From Promethearchaeota archaeon (lineage in GTDB: Archaea > Asgardarchaeota > Lokiarchaeia > Sigyniarchaeales > SOKP01), in contig JBHLNT010000062.1 in NCBI GenBank assembly GCA_048941265.1, positions 1-23,023 on the forward strand: DNA of 23,023 bases. Reading direction: 5' to 3'. The number at the start of each line of letters is the position of its first letter. Position 1 is the stretch's first letter. Below the pieces are notes generated by a model. That model was not told the DNA's origin. It did not search any database and was given only the letters and a program-made list of their open reading frames with translations. Shown piece by piece: positions 1-7,834 of the stretch. The position numbers and the translations under genes are program-made.

Positions 1-666
1 AAACAATTAGAAAGTATAGTAGGAGAGGGTAAATTATTAGAATTATATGGTATGACGGAACTTTCCCCTGTTGCGACGATGAATCCTTCTAAAGGGGTAA
101 GAAAACTTGGAACTGTTGGAATGCCTATTCAGAATGTTGATTTAAAAATAGTCGATCCTGAAACCGAAAAAGCAGTTCCTTTGGGAGAAGCGGGAGAAAT
201 TTGGGTAAAAGGTCCTTTGGTTATGCAGGGTTACTATAATAAGCCAGAAGAGACGAAAAAAACTGTAACTCCAGATGGTTATATGAAAACAGGAGATGTG
301 GGTATAATGGATGACGATGGTTATATTCGGATTGTCGATCGTACAAAAGATATGTTAATTGTTGGTGGATTTAAGATTTTTTCAAGTAAAGTTGAAGATA
401 CACTAACTGAACATCCTGCGATCGGGAGCATGGCAATAATAGGTGAACCGAATCCAGATCGTCCGGGTTCCGAAATTGTGAATGCTTACATCCAATTAGA
501 TCCTGATTACCAGTATGATGGAAATGAAGCAGCGTTAAAAGAAAGTATCATAAATTTCGCAAAGGAAAAATGCGCCCCTTATGAGGTCCCCAAAAAGATT
601 CATATTATCAAAGAACTGCCGTTAACTGCCGTTGGAAAAGTTGATAAGAAGCTTTTACGAAAATAA
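1..666 (+). CDS. Long-chain acyl-CoA synthetase / AMP-binding ligase, 5'-partial (runs off window start)
   Basis: Frame 1 is open from base 1 (KQLESIVGEGKLLELYGMTE...). It carries the adenylation motifs YGMTE, TGD, IVDRTKD and C-terminal LPLTAVGK, and is collinear and highly similar to the C-terminal third of the next gene. Confidence 0.93.
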   Translation, partial: KQLESIVGEGKLLELYGMTELSPVATMNPSKGVRKLGTVGMPIQNVDLKIVDPETEKAVPLGEAGEIWVKGPLVMQGYYNKPEETKKTVTPDGYMKTGDVGIMDDDGYIRIVDRTKDMLIVGGFKIFSSKVEDTLTEHPAIGSMAIIGEPNPDRPGSEIVNAYIQLDPDYQYDGNEAALKESIINFAKEKCAPYEVPKKIHIIKELPLTAVGKVDKKLLRK

Positions 667-711
667 AAGCAATAATTTACGGCTTAATATTAAATAATAA
701 TAAAATTTTCA

Positions 712-719
712 TTTTTTTT
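712..719 (+). terminator. Putative archaeal oligo-T terminator
   Basis: T8 run about 45 nt after the stop at 666. A similar T8 run follows the paralog (2703-2710). The AT-rich background lowers confidence. Confidence 0.35.
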
Positions 720-944
720 AATTAAAATTTCTAATTTTTTAAATAACCCCTATTAAAAGATAGATTCATTCAATTTAAAATTAGAATTTAACTTATTTTA
801 TCTTTTAAGTAAAAAATATTGACAATAATATAGAAATTGAGTAAAAAGAAATTGGCAATTTAAAATTAAAACTTTATAACTGATTCTATCAAATATTATT
901 ATAATAAGTCTTTGGACTTATCAAAAAAGAAATTAGTGGTAGAA

Positions 945-2666
945 ATGTCAGAAGAAAATGTATATGCATCAAAATTCTGGAAAAAAAATTGGGACCCTCA
1001 TGTCAAGGATATACCCGCGGAGGATTATGAGACCACATTTGTCGAGATGATAAACCGTTCCTTTAAAGAATTCCCTGATAAAGTTGCTTTATCATATTTA
1101 GGAGTAGAAAAAACTTTCAAGGAATTAGACGAAATGGCAAATAAATTTTCGAATATGCTAATTGCTAACGGCTTTAAAAAAGGAGATGTGGTCGGGATAA
1201 ACCTACCAAATACAATAGAATATGTTGTAACAATTGTAGGAACAATGCGAGCAGGATGTATTATATCGGGCGTATCACCGCTTTTATCTGCTATGCAAAT
1301 TGAATATCAGCTTAACGATTTAGGTTCCGGTGGTAAAAAAGTATGCTTAGTAACATTAGATGCTATTTTTGCCGGTCACATAACAAAAATTGCTAAGAAA
1401 ATTGATTCAACCAAACTAATTGTTACAACTAACGTGGGCAGTTTTTTACCAAAAATAATCCAAATCTTAGGGAAAGCATTAAAAAAAATTCCAAAAGGAA
1501 AGGTTATTCCATTAGAAGGAAAAACTGTTCTCGATTTTCATAAAGATGTATTACAAGGAGAATATTCCACAGATCCTCCAGATGTGAAAGTAGTACCCGA
1601 TGATATTGGCTGGATTCAATATACAGGTGGAACTACAGGTCCTCCTAAAGGTGCGATGATAAGCCATAGAAATTTTGCCGCAAACGGATTAGCCATTGCA
1701 AGATGGTTGAATTGGGAGTTTGGTAAAGGAATATTACTCTCTGGTTTTCCTATGTTCCATATTGCTGGTTTAACCGTTGCTGAAGCTGGGGTGTATTTTG
1801 GGTGGACTCAGATCCTTATCCCCAATCCACGGGATACAAATCATATTGTAAAAGAAATGCAGAAATATCGCCCGACTAACTTGGTAAACGTTCCATCATT
1901 ATATCAATTATTAATAAAGAATCCTAAGTTTAAAGCGATAGATCATTCTGAATTAGGTACGTGTATTTCTGCTGCATCGCCATTCCCTAAAGAGTCCCAA
2001 GAAGAACTGGAAAAAATTATAGGTAAAGGTAAGTTATTAGAACTTTACGGTATGACTGAATTATCTCCCGTAGCAACAATGAATCCTTCGATAGGAAAGA
2101 AAAAGTTAGGAACCGTTGGAATGCCCATTCAAAATGTGGACTTAAAAATAGTCGATCCCGATACAGGAAAGTCAGTTCCTTTAGGTGAACCTGGAGAAAT
2201 TTGGGTAAAAGGTCCCTTGGTCATGCAAGGATATTACAATAAACCTGAAGAAACAAAAAAGTCTATCGATGCAGATGGTTATATGCATACCGGTGATGTA
2301 GGTTTAATGGGCGAAGATGGCTATATAAAAATCGTGGATCGTACTAAAGATATGATAATAGTTGGTGGTTTTAAAGTATTTTCCAGTAAAGTAGAAGATA
2401 TTTTGGCTGAACATCCTGCAATAGGTTCGATTGCCTTAATAGGAGAACCAAACCCAGATCGACCTGGTTCTGAAATCGTCAATGCATATATACAATTAGA
2501 TCCTGATTATGCATATGATGGAAATGAAGCCGCGTTAAAAGAAAGTATCCTTAACTACGCCAAGGATAATTGTTCACCCTACGAAGTTCCTAAAAAAGTC
2601 CATATAATGGAGGAATTGCCTCTTACAGCAGTAGGAAAAGTAGATAAGAAAGTTTTAAGAAAATAA
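945..2666 (+). CDS. Long-chain-fatty-acid--CoA ligase (FadD-like AMP-binding enzyme)
   Basis: P-loop QYTGGTTGPPKG, PMFH, YGMTE, HTGD, IVDRTKD and LPLTAVGK motifs. The ATG at 945 (preceded by GTGGTAG) is preferred over the TTG at 912. Confidence 0.93.
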   Translation: MSEENVYASKFWKKNWDPHVKDIPAEDYETTFVEMINRSFKEFPDKVALSYLGVEKTFKELDEMANKFSNMLIANGFKKGDVVGINLPNTIEYVVTIVGTMRAGCIISGVSPLLSAMQIEYQLNDLGSGGKKVCLVTLDAIFAGHITKIAKKIDSTKLIVTTNVGSFLPKIIQILGKALKKIPKGKVIPLEGKTVLDFHKDVLQGEYSTDPPDVKVVPDDIGWIQYTGGTTGPPKGAMISHRNFAANGLAIARWLNWEFGKGILLSGFPMFHIAGLTVAEAGVYFGWTQILIPNPRDTNHIVKEMQKYRPTNLVNVPSLYQLLIKNPKFKAIDHSELGTCISAASPFPKESQEELEKIIGKGKLLELYGMTELSPVATMNPSIGKKKLGTVGMPIQNVDLKIVDPDTGKSVPLGEPGEIWVKGPLVMQGYYNKPEETKKSIDADGYMHTGDVGLMGEDGYIKIVDRTKDMIIVGGFKVFSSKVEDILAEHPAIGSIALIGEPNPDRPGSEIVNAYIQLDPDYAYDGNEAALKESILNYAKDNCSPYEVPKKVHIMEELPLTAVGKVDKKVLRK

Positions 2667-2702
2667 GAAAGTTAATAATTTAATTGCATCATCAAAATTT
2701 AA

Positions 2703-2735
2703 TTTTTTTTCATTTGTTTTATGATATTTTTTTTT
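2703..2735 (+). terminator. Putative oligo-T terminator region between convergent genes
   Basis: T8 (2703-2710) and T9 (2727-2735) runs downstream of the ligase stop. Confidence 0.4.
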
Positions 2736-2752
2736 AAATAATCTAAAAATTT

Positions 2753-3526
2753 TCACGCATTTATTTTATTTTGCACAATTTCTACGATTTTTGGCAAAGT
2801 ATCACCAATTTTTTCGTGGATTACTACTTCTGCGTCGTGGTCCATATCAGTTTCTTGAATGTTAATAATAGCGAATTTAGCTCCTAAGGATAATGCTTTA
2901 TGAGGATAAAACGCTACGGGATAGACGAATAAGGAACTTCCAAGTACTATAAATAGATCGCAATTTGCAATCATTTCATCTGCTCTCATTAGTGTTTTAG
3001 ATTCTAAAGGTTCTCCGAAAAATATAGCGTTTGGTTTTAATAAACCAAAACATATCCCGCAAGAGGGGGTAGTAGCTCCTTTCATCACCTGATTTATCAT
3101 TTCCGTTATCGGAAAAACTCGCTTACATCTCATGCACTTTGCCTCATTCACGGTGCCATGTAACTCAATAATATTTTGAGTACGTGCTTTTTGGTGGAGT
3201 CCATCGATATTTTGGGTAAGAACTCCTACCAATTTTCCCATTTTTTGGAGCTTAGTTAAAGCTTTATGGCCTTTATTCGGTTTAGCCCTAAAAATCTTTG
3301 TTCCTAGTTCAAGCATCATTTTCAAATTTCTTCCAGGATTTGCGACATAAGAATGGATGGTGGCATATTTTTCAGGATCTACTTGAGTCCATAAGCCGGT
3401 ATCCGGGCTCCTAAAGTCTGGTATGCCCGATTCGGTGCTCATACCTGCTCCTGTTAAAACAACGATATTTTTAGAATCAATAATAAGTTGGGCAAATTTT
3501 TCAATTTTATTATCGAGGGAACTCAT
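2753..3526 (-). CDS. cobB: NAD-dependent protein deacylase, Sir2/CobB family
   Basis: GAGMSTESGIPDFR, TQNIDGLH, catalytic ELHG, Zn ligands CMRC...CGIC, FFGE and GSSL motifs. The ATG at 3526 (MSSLDNK) is preferred over the ORF-track start at 3547. Confidence 0.93.
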   Translation of the reverse strand: MSSLDNKIEKFAQLIIDSKNIVVLTGAGMSTESGIPDFRSPDTGLWTQVDPEKYATIHSYVANPGRNLKMMLELGTKIFRAKPNKGHKALTKLQKMGKLVGVLTQNIDGLHQKARTQNIIELHGTVNEAKCMRCKRVFPITEMINQVMKGATTPSCGICFGLLKPNAIFFGEPLESKTLMRADEMIANCDLFIVLGSSLFVYPVAFYPHKALSLGAKFAIINIQETDMDHDAEVVIHEKIGDTLPKIVEIVQNKINA

Positions 3527-3631
3527 AAATACAACCAATAATTGCAAAAATATAAAATAAAAAAATATTATTTATTGGTTATAATAATATATTATAATTT
3601 AAATTTGAGCATAATTTTATAACTGATAACA

Positions 3632-4177
3632 ATGTCTGCCTCAAAAAGTTTCATTTACAAGATATGCGTGGTAGGTGATGGTGGAGTTGGGAAAACCTCC
3701 ATGGTGTTAAGATATACTGAGAATTCATTTAAGGAAAATTATATAATGACAATCGGGAGTAATTTCTCAACCAAAGCAGTCGATTTACCTGAATATCCTC
3801 AATATAATATCAAGCTCCAAATTTGGGATTTAGCAGGTCAAAAACATTTCTCCTTCGTTCGTCCACCCTTTTATAGGGGTGCTACAGGTATAATTTATGT
3901 CTTTGATTTAACTCGAAGAAGTTCATTTTCTAATCTACCAAATTGGAAAACTGAAGTGGAAAAGGTCGTAGCGGGAAGACCTAGCATTTTAGTAGGAAAC
4001 AAGCTAGATTTAGCTGAAGAGGGAAATCGAGAGGTAGCATTACAAGATGGTGAATCTTTAAAAAGCGAAATAGAAGCACTCTCATATTATGAAACAAGTG
4101 CTAAAGATGGGCTTAAAGTAGATGATGTCTTTAAAGAAACCGTTTTAGCAATATTGAAAGCTTCAAACAAAATCTAA
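3632..4177 (+). CDS. Small GTPase, Ras superfamily, Rab-like
   Basis: G1 GDGGVGKT, G2 TIGSNF, G3 WDLAGQ, Rab-like FYRGA, G4 NKLD and G5 ETSAK. There is no C-terminal Cys tail. Confidence 0.93.
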   Translation: MSASKSFIYKICVVGDGGVGKTSMVLRYTENSFKENYIMTIGSNFSTKAVDLPEYPQYNIKLQIWDLAGQKHFSFVRPPFYRGATGIIYVFDLTRRSSFSNLPNWKTEVEKVVAGRPSILVGNKLDLAEEGNREVALQDGESLKSEIEALSYYETSAKDGLKVDDVFKETVLAILKASNKI

Positions 4178-4294
4178 TAAATTTATTTATTAGAACCAAT
4201 AAATTAAAATTTGGTCAAAATTTCTAATTATTAAATAGTTTAGATTCACTAATTTAATTTCATAATAGAAAAAAATAGAAGGTATAGACATCTC

Positions 4295-5014
4295 ATGTTC
4301 GGTGGAGGTCAAATTAAATATGATCGAGCCCTTACAGTTTTTAGTCCAGAAGGGCGTTTGTATCAAGTGGAATATGCTTTAGAAGCTGTTAGACGTGGTA
4401 CTTTAGCCGTTGCCATTAAATCTGATGAAGATGTATGTTTAGCAGCTCAAATAAAAATACCCTCAAAATTAATGGATCCCGATTCAATTGATAAAATATT
4501 TCAAGTTGATGATCACATAGGAGTAGCAATTTCAGGATTACATGCAGATTCAAGAGTATTAATTAATTATGCCCGAGTTCAAGCTCAGTCTTTTCGGTTA
4601 ACCTATGATGAGCCAGTTAGATTAACTATGCTAGTAAAATCCATTGCAGATTTAAAGCAAATATATACTCAATATGGAGGTATTAGACCTTTTGGATGTT
4701 CGTTGTTCTTTATTGCTATTGATAGTGCAGGCACCCAAATTTATACTACATCTCCAAGTGGAATTTATCGACCTTATAAGGCTTATGCATTAGGAAGTGG
4801 AGAAGCCCAAGCAAGAGAATTTATTCAAAATAATTATAAGGATGGTATGAGTTTTAATGATATTATAAATTTAGCTTTAAACGCTCTTAAAGAATCTATT
4901 GATGAAGAATTAAGTAAAGATAATATTAGGATTGCATATATTAAATCTGAAGACAAAAAGTTTAATTTATGTTCAAAAAACGAAGTTGAGAAATACATAT
5001 CCGAATTAAAATAA
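4295..5014 (+). CDS. psmA: 20S proteasome alpha subunit
   Basis: Alpha signature YDRALTVFSPEGRLYQVEYA, KIFQVDDHIG, YTQYGGIRPFG, and no N-terminal catalytic Thr. Confidence 0.95.
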   Translation: MFGGGQIKYDRALTVFSPEGRLYQVEYALEAVRRGTLAVAIKSDEDVCLAAQIKIPSKLMDPDSIDKIFQVDDHIGVAISGLHADSRVLINYARVQAQSFRLTYDEPVRLTMLVKSIADLKQIYTQYGGIRPFGCSLFFIAIDSAGTQIYTTSPSGIYRPYKAYALGSGEAQAREFIQNNYKDGMSFNDIINLALNALKESIDEELSKDNIRIAYIKSEDKKFNLCSKNEVEKYISELK

Positions 5015-5019
5015 ATTCC

Positions 5020-5026
5020 TTTTTTT
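5020..5026 (+). terminator. Putative oligo-T terminator
   Basis: T7 run starting 6 nt after the psmA stop. Confidence 0.4.
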
Positions 5027-5180
5027 AAATCTTTTAAATGTGAAATTTTGTAAAATTAAATAAATACAGAATAATAATTTTCACCTATTCTAATAAGTTA
5101 AAATTTATTAGTATTAAGAAAAATTATTATAATAACTGATAATATTCCATAGAGAATCCTAAAAAATTAAGGTAAACTCA

Positions 5181-5576
5181 ATGGGGAAAAAAAAAAAAAT
5201 AAGAGAAGAATTTGATGCAATTTTTCGTTCTGGAGATGAATCCAAAATTAAAAAAATGTTGGCGAAATATCCTTGGCTCCTTGATGAAGTATCTGGTAAA
5301 ATGGATAAAACTATGTTAGAACAAAGAGAAATAATCGCAGCTACTGGTGTAATGGAAGATGAGCTTGCAGGTCCAGTTAAAATTGATGATATCGTGTTGT
5401 GTTTAAATGTTGATTTTAATATCCGCAAAACAGAGGATGAGATTAAAAGAATTTTAAATGAAGTTGAAAATTTAGGTCTTGTAAAACAAGAACCCTCTGG
5501 ATGGATTTTAACTAGCGAAGGGGGCCAAATTTGTGATGAAGTCCTTAATAAGAATTTCAAAAATTTCGAACTATAG
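5181..5576 (+). CDS. Hypothetical protein with probable C-terminal winged-helix
   Basis: ATG preceded by AAGGTA. The segment EDEIKRILNEVENLGLVKQEPSGWILTSEG matches the recognition helix-wing-LTxxG pattern of winged helices. Confidence 0.75.
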   Translation: MGKKKKIREEFDAIFRSGDESKIKKMLAKYPWLLDEVSGKMDKTMLEQREIIAATGVMEDELAGPVKIDDIVLCLNVDFNIRKTEDEIKRILNEVENLGLVKQEPSGWILTSEGGQICDEVLNKNFKNFEL

Positions 5577-5842
5577 CTTTAATTGTGTCCTAATAATCCT
5601 ATATTCCCCTACTATAAGTTCAAATTTCTCTAAAATTTTAAATATTTTTTAATTTATATCATAACTAATAAATTTAAAATATTAGGATAATATTTTATAT
5701 TATAGAAGAATAGAGTTAATTTTAATAGTTTTTCATTGAAAACTTATTTTAAATTTGTTAGGTTTGTAATCGGGAAAAAACTGTTGAAGAGAGAAGAGTT
5801 TTATAGCATCTATTCCCCTATAGGGAAGAAATTATATTAAGT

Positions 5843-7585
5843 ATGAGGAATATGGACGAAAAAATCAATCGAGAAGCTTTAGAATTAGTACAGCACGCTT
5901 TATCTTTGCTAGATTTAAAATTATATGACGATTGTATTGAAATTTTGCGCAAAGCTATCAGATTATATCAACAAATCAATAATGAAGTGGAAATCAACGC
6001 ATTGAGAAAAAAAATCGCAGAGATATATACTACAAAAGAACACAGAATAGGTGTTGACACAATCAAAGATGATTTAGAGAAAAAATTATCTCAAAATGGA
6101 GCAACTACAGTAGATACAGCAAAAGGAATAAGTAATACAGTTATGGAACAAAATATTCCGGAGAAAATTTCAACATTATCACCAGAAAATTTAATTGAAG
6201 AGGCGAAAACACTTGTTAAGATGAATAAATTTGAAGAGGCGCTTAGTAAATATGATGAAATTATAAATATACTTAATGAAAATAATAGAAGCTCCGAAGT
6301 TGAAAATATATATAAATTAATTGAAGAATGTTATGTTTCTAAAACTAAATTTCTAAGAGAGCCTAAAAAAGAACATGCGGAAGTTGAGATGGAAGCAGAT
6401 TCGAAGGATTCAATACCTTCTAGCGACGTTAGAGAAGAAAAAATAGTAATACACGACGCAGATACATCAGAAATTGAAACTGAAAGAATGAGGGCTGTGG
6501 AAGAGAGATTTAAAAAAGAATTTGAAGATAAGGACCTTCAAAGAAAGATTACAGAGATGGTTAATAGAGCAGATAAAATGGCCCGAGAATACGAATCGCA
6601 AAAAATAAGAGCTCTTAAAAATGGAAAGTTTGAAGATCCATGTGTATATCCTGATGTAATTGTAATGTATGAAGAGGTACGCGGATTACTTGCTGAAAGA
6701 GGATGGATTGAACAAGCAAAAATTTATGCTAACCAAGTTCAAATATACAAAGAGAAATTAGAAAAAGATATTAAAATTAGGGAATTAGAAGCTATGAAAG
6801 CTGAAAAAGATAAAGAATTCGAAGATTTGATGAGAACTGGAAAAGTTGCGAGAGAACTCAAAGAAGATAGTCAGAGGGAGGAAAGATTAAAGGCCATTGA
6901 AGCTAAATTAAAAAAAGATTTTGAAGTTGAGAAATTCCAAAATTTCATAACTGAAACTGTAGCTAATACGGAAAAGATGGTTAGAAATTACGAATTAGAG
7001 ATTAAAAAAGGGAATTTTCAGGAAACTTGTCCTTATCAACAAGTGATTGAGATATATACTGAAATTCGCCAAAAGTTAATAGATAGAGGATGGATGGATC
7101 AAGTTGATATTTACACTAGTCAAATAAAGATTTATCAAGAGAAATTAGAGCAAGACCAAAAATTGCGGGCTGTTGAAGCTCAAAAAAAACAGAAAGAGGC
7201 AGAATACTTACAAACAATGAAATTGCAACAGAAGGATGATGAAAAATTAAAAGCTCTCGATGAGAAAATCCTTAGCAAATACCAGAGTGAGATTGAAGAT
7301 GCAAAATTTCAGAATTTAGTTACTTCCTTAGTTGAAGAGGCTGATAAAATGGAAAGAGATTATGAATCTAAAAAAAAGAGGGCTATTAAAGAAAAAAAAC
7401 TCCTAGAATTAGAAGCACCTTATTCTAAAATTATTGAAATTTATGAACGATTACGGGACATGCTACTTGAAAAAGGTTGGAAAGACCAGGCATCTATTTA
7501 TGTGAGTCAAATTCAGGTTTACACTGAGAAATATGAACGTGATAAGATTTTGAGGGATATCGAGGCTCATAAATTACAAAAATGA
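5843..7585 (+). CDS. Helical repeat protein: two TPR/MIT-like bundles plus three 129-aa repeat units
   Basis: 580-aa E/K-rich ORF. The repeat anchor Trp codons lie at 6704, 7091 and 7478 (387-nt period). The same unit recurs in the next gene. Confidence 0.85.
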   Translation: MRNMDEKINREALELVQHALSLLDLKLYDDCIEILRKAIRLYQQINNEVEINALRKKIAEIYTTKEHRIGVDTIKDDLEKKLSQNGATTVDTAKGISNTVMEQNIPEKISTLSPENLIEEAKTLVKMNKFEEALSKYDEIINILNENNRSSEVENIYKLIEECYVSKTKFLREPKKEHAEVEMEADSKDSIPSSDVREEKIVIHDADTSEIETERMRAVEERFKKEFEDKDLQRKITEMVNRADKMAREYESQKIRALKNGKFEDPCVYPDVIVMYEEVRGLLAERGWIEQAKIYANQVQIYKEKLEKDIKIRELEAMKAEKDKEFEDLMRTGKVARELKEDSQREERLKAIEAKLKKDFEVEKFQNFITETVANTEKMVRNYELEIKKGNFQETCPYQQVIEIYTEIRQKLIDRGWMDQVDIYTSQIKIYQEKLEQDQKLRAVEAQKKQKEAEYLQTMKLQQKDDEKLKALDEKILSKYQSEIEDAKFQNLVTSLVEEADKMERDYESKKKRAIKEKKLLELEAPYSKIIEIYERLRDMLLEKGWKDQASIYVSQIQVYTEKYERDKILRDIEAHKLQK

Positions 7586-7762
7586 AATCTTTTCTTTTAA
7601 TTTAAAAATTAAAATCTCAATTTTTAACTCTTTAGTGTTAATTGATTGAAGCAATTATAGAATGGTTAAAAGTAAATTATATATGCTTTAAATTTTCTCT
7701 AGTTTCTAAATGATAAATTTACTAGTATATTTTTAAAATACATTTCATTAATCATAAGGAAT

Positions 7763-7780
7763 TTTTAAGAATTCTTAAAA
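7763..7780. promoter_or_regulatory. Perfect 18-bp palindrome TTTTAAGAATTCTTAAAA, candidate operator
   Basis: The sequence is self-complementary over 18 bp, lies immediately 5' of TATA-like TATTATATTATTATATA, and ends about 55 nt before the ATG at 7835. Function is inferred only. Confidence 0.35.
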
Positions 7781-7834
7781 TATTATATTATTATATAGTT
7801 CTTATAAAGTTCTTTTTTAAAGAAGTAGATAAAA

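Noticed and set aside
912-944. TTG start at 912 (and the 3547 start for the sirtuin)
   Set aside because: Downstream in-frame ATGs (945 and 3526) give more plausible N-termini.
5159-5560. 133-aa minus-strand ORF
   Set aside because: It is antisense to 5181-5576, which has a ribosome-binding site and a recognisable fold pattern.
7583-7600. Selenocysteine or stop readthrough at TGA fusing the two in-frame repeat genes
   Set aside because: An in-frame TAA follows after four codons, there is another stop at 7826-7828, and no SECIS-like stem is evident.
7586-7834. Spacer as an IS/MITE or intron
   Set aside because: I could not see terminal inverted repeats, a target-site duplication or a bulge-helix-bulge structure. 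It looks like ordinary AT-rich intergenic DNA.
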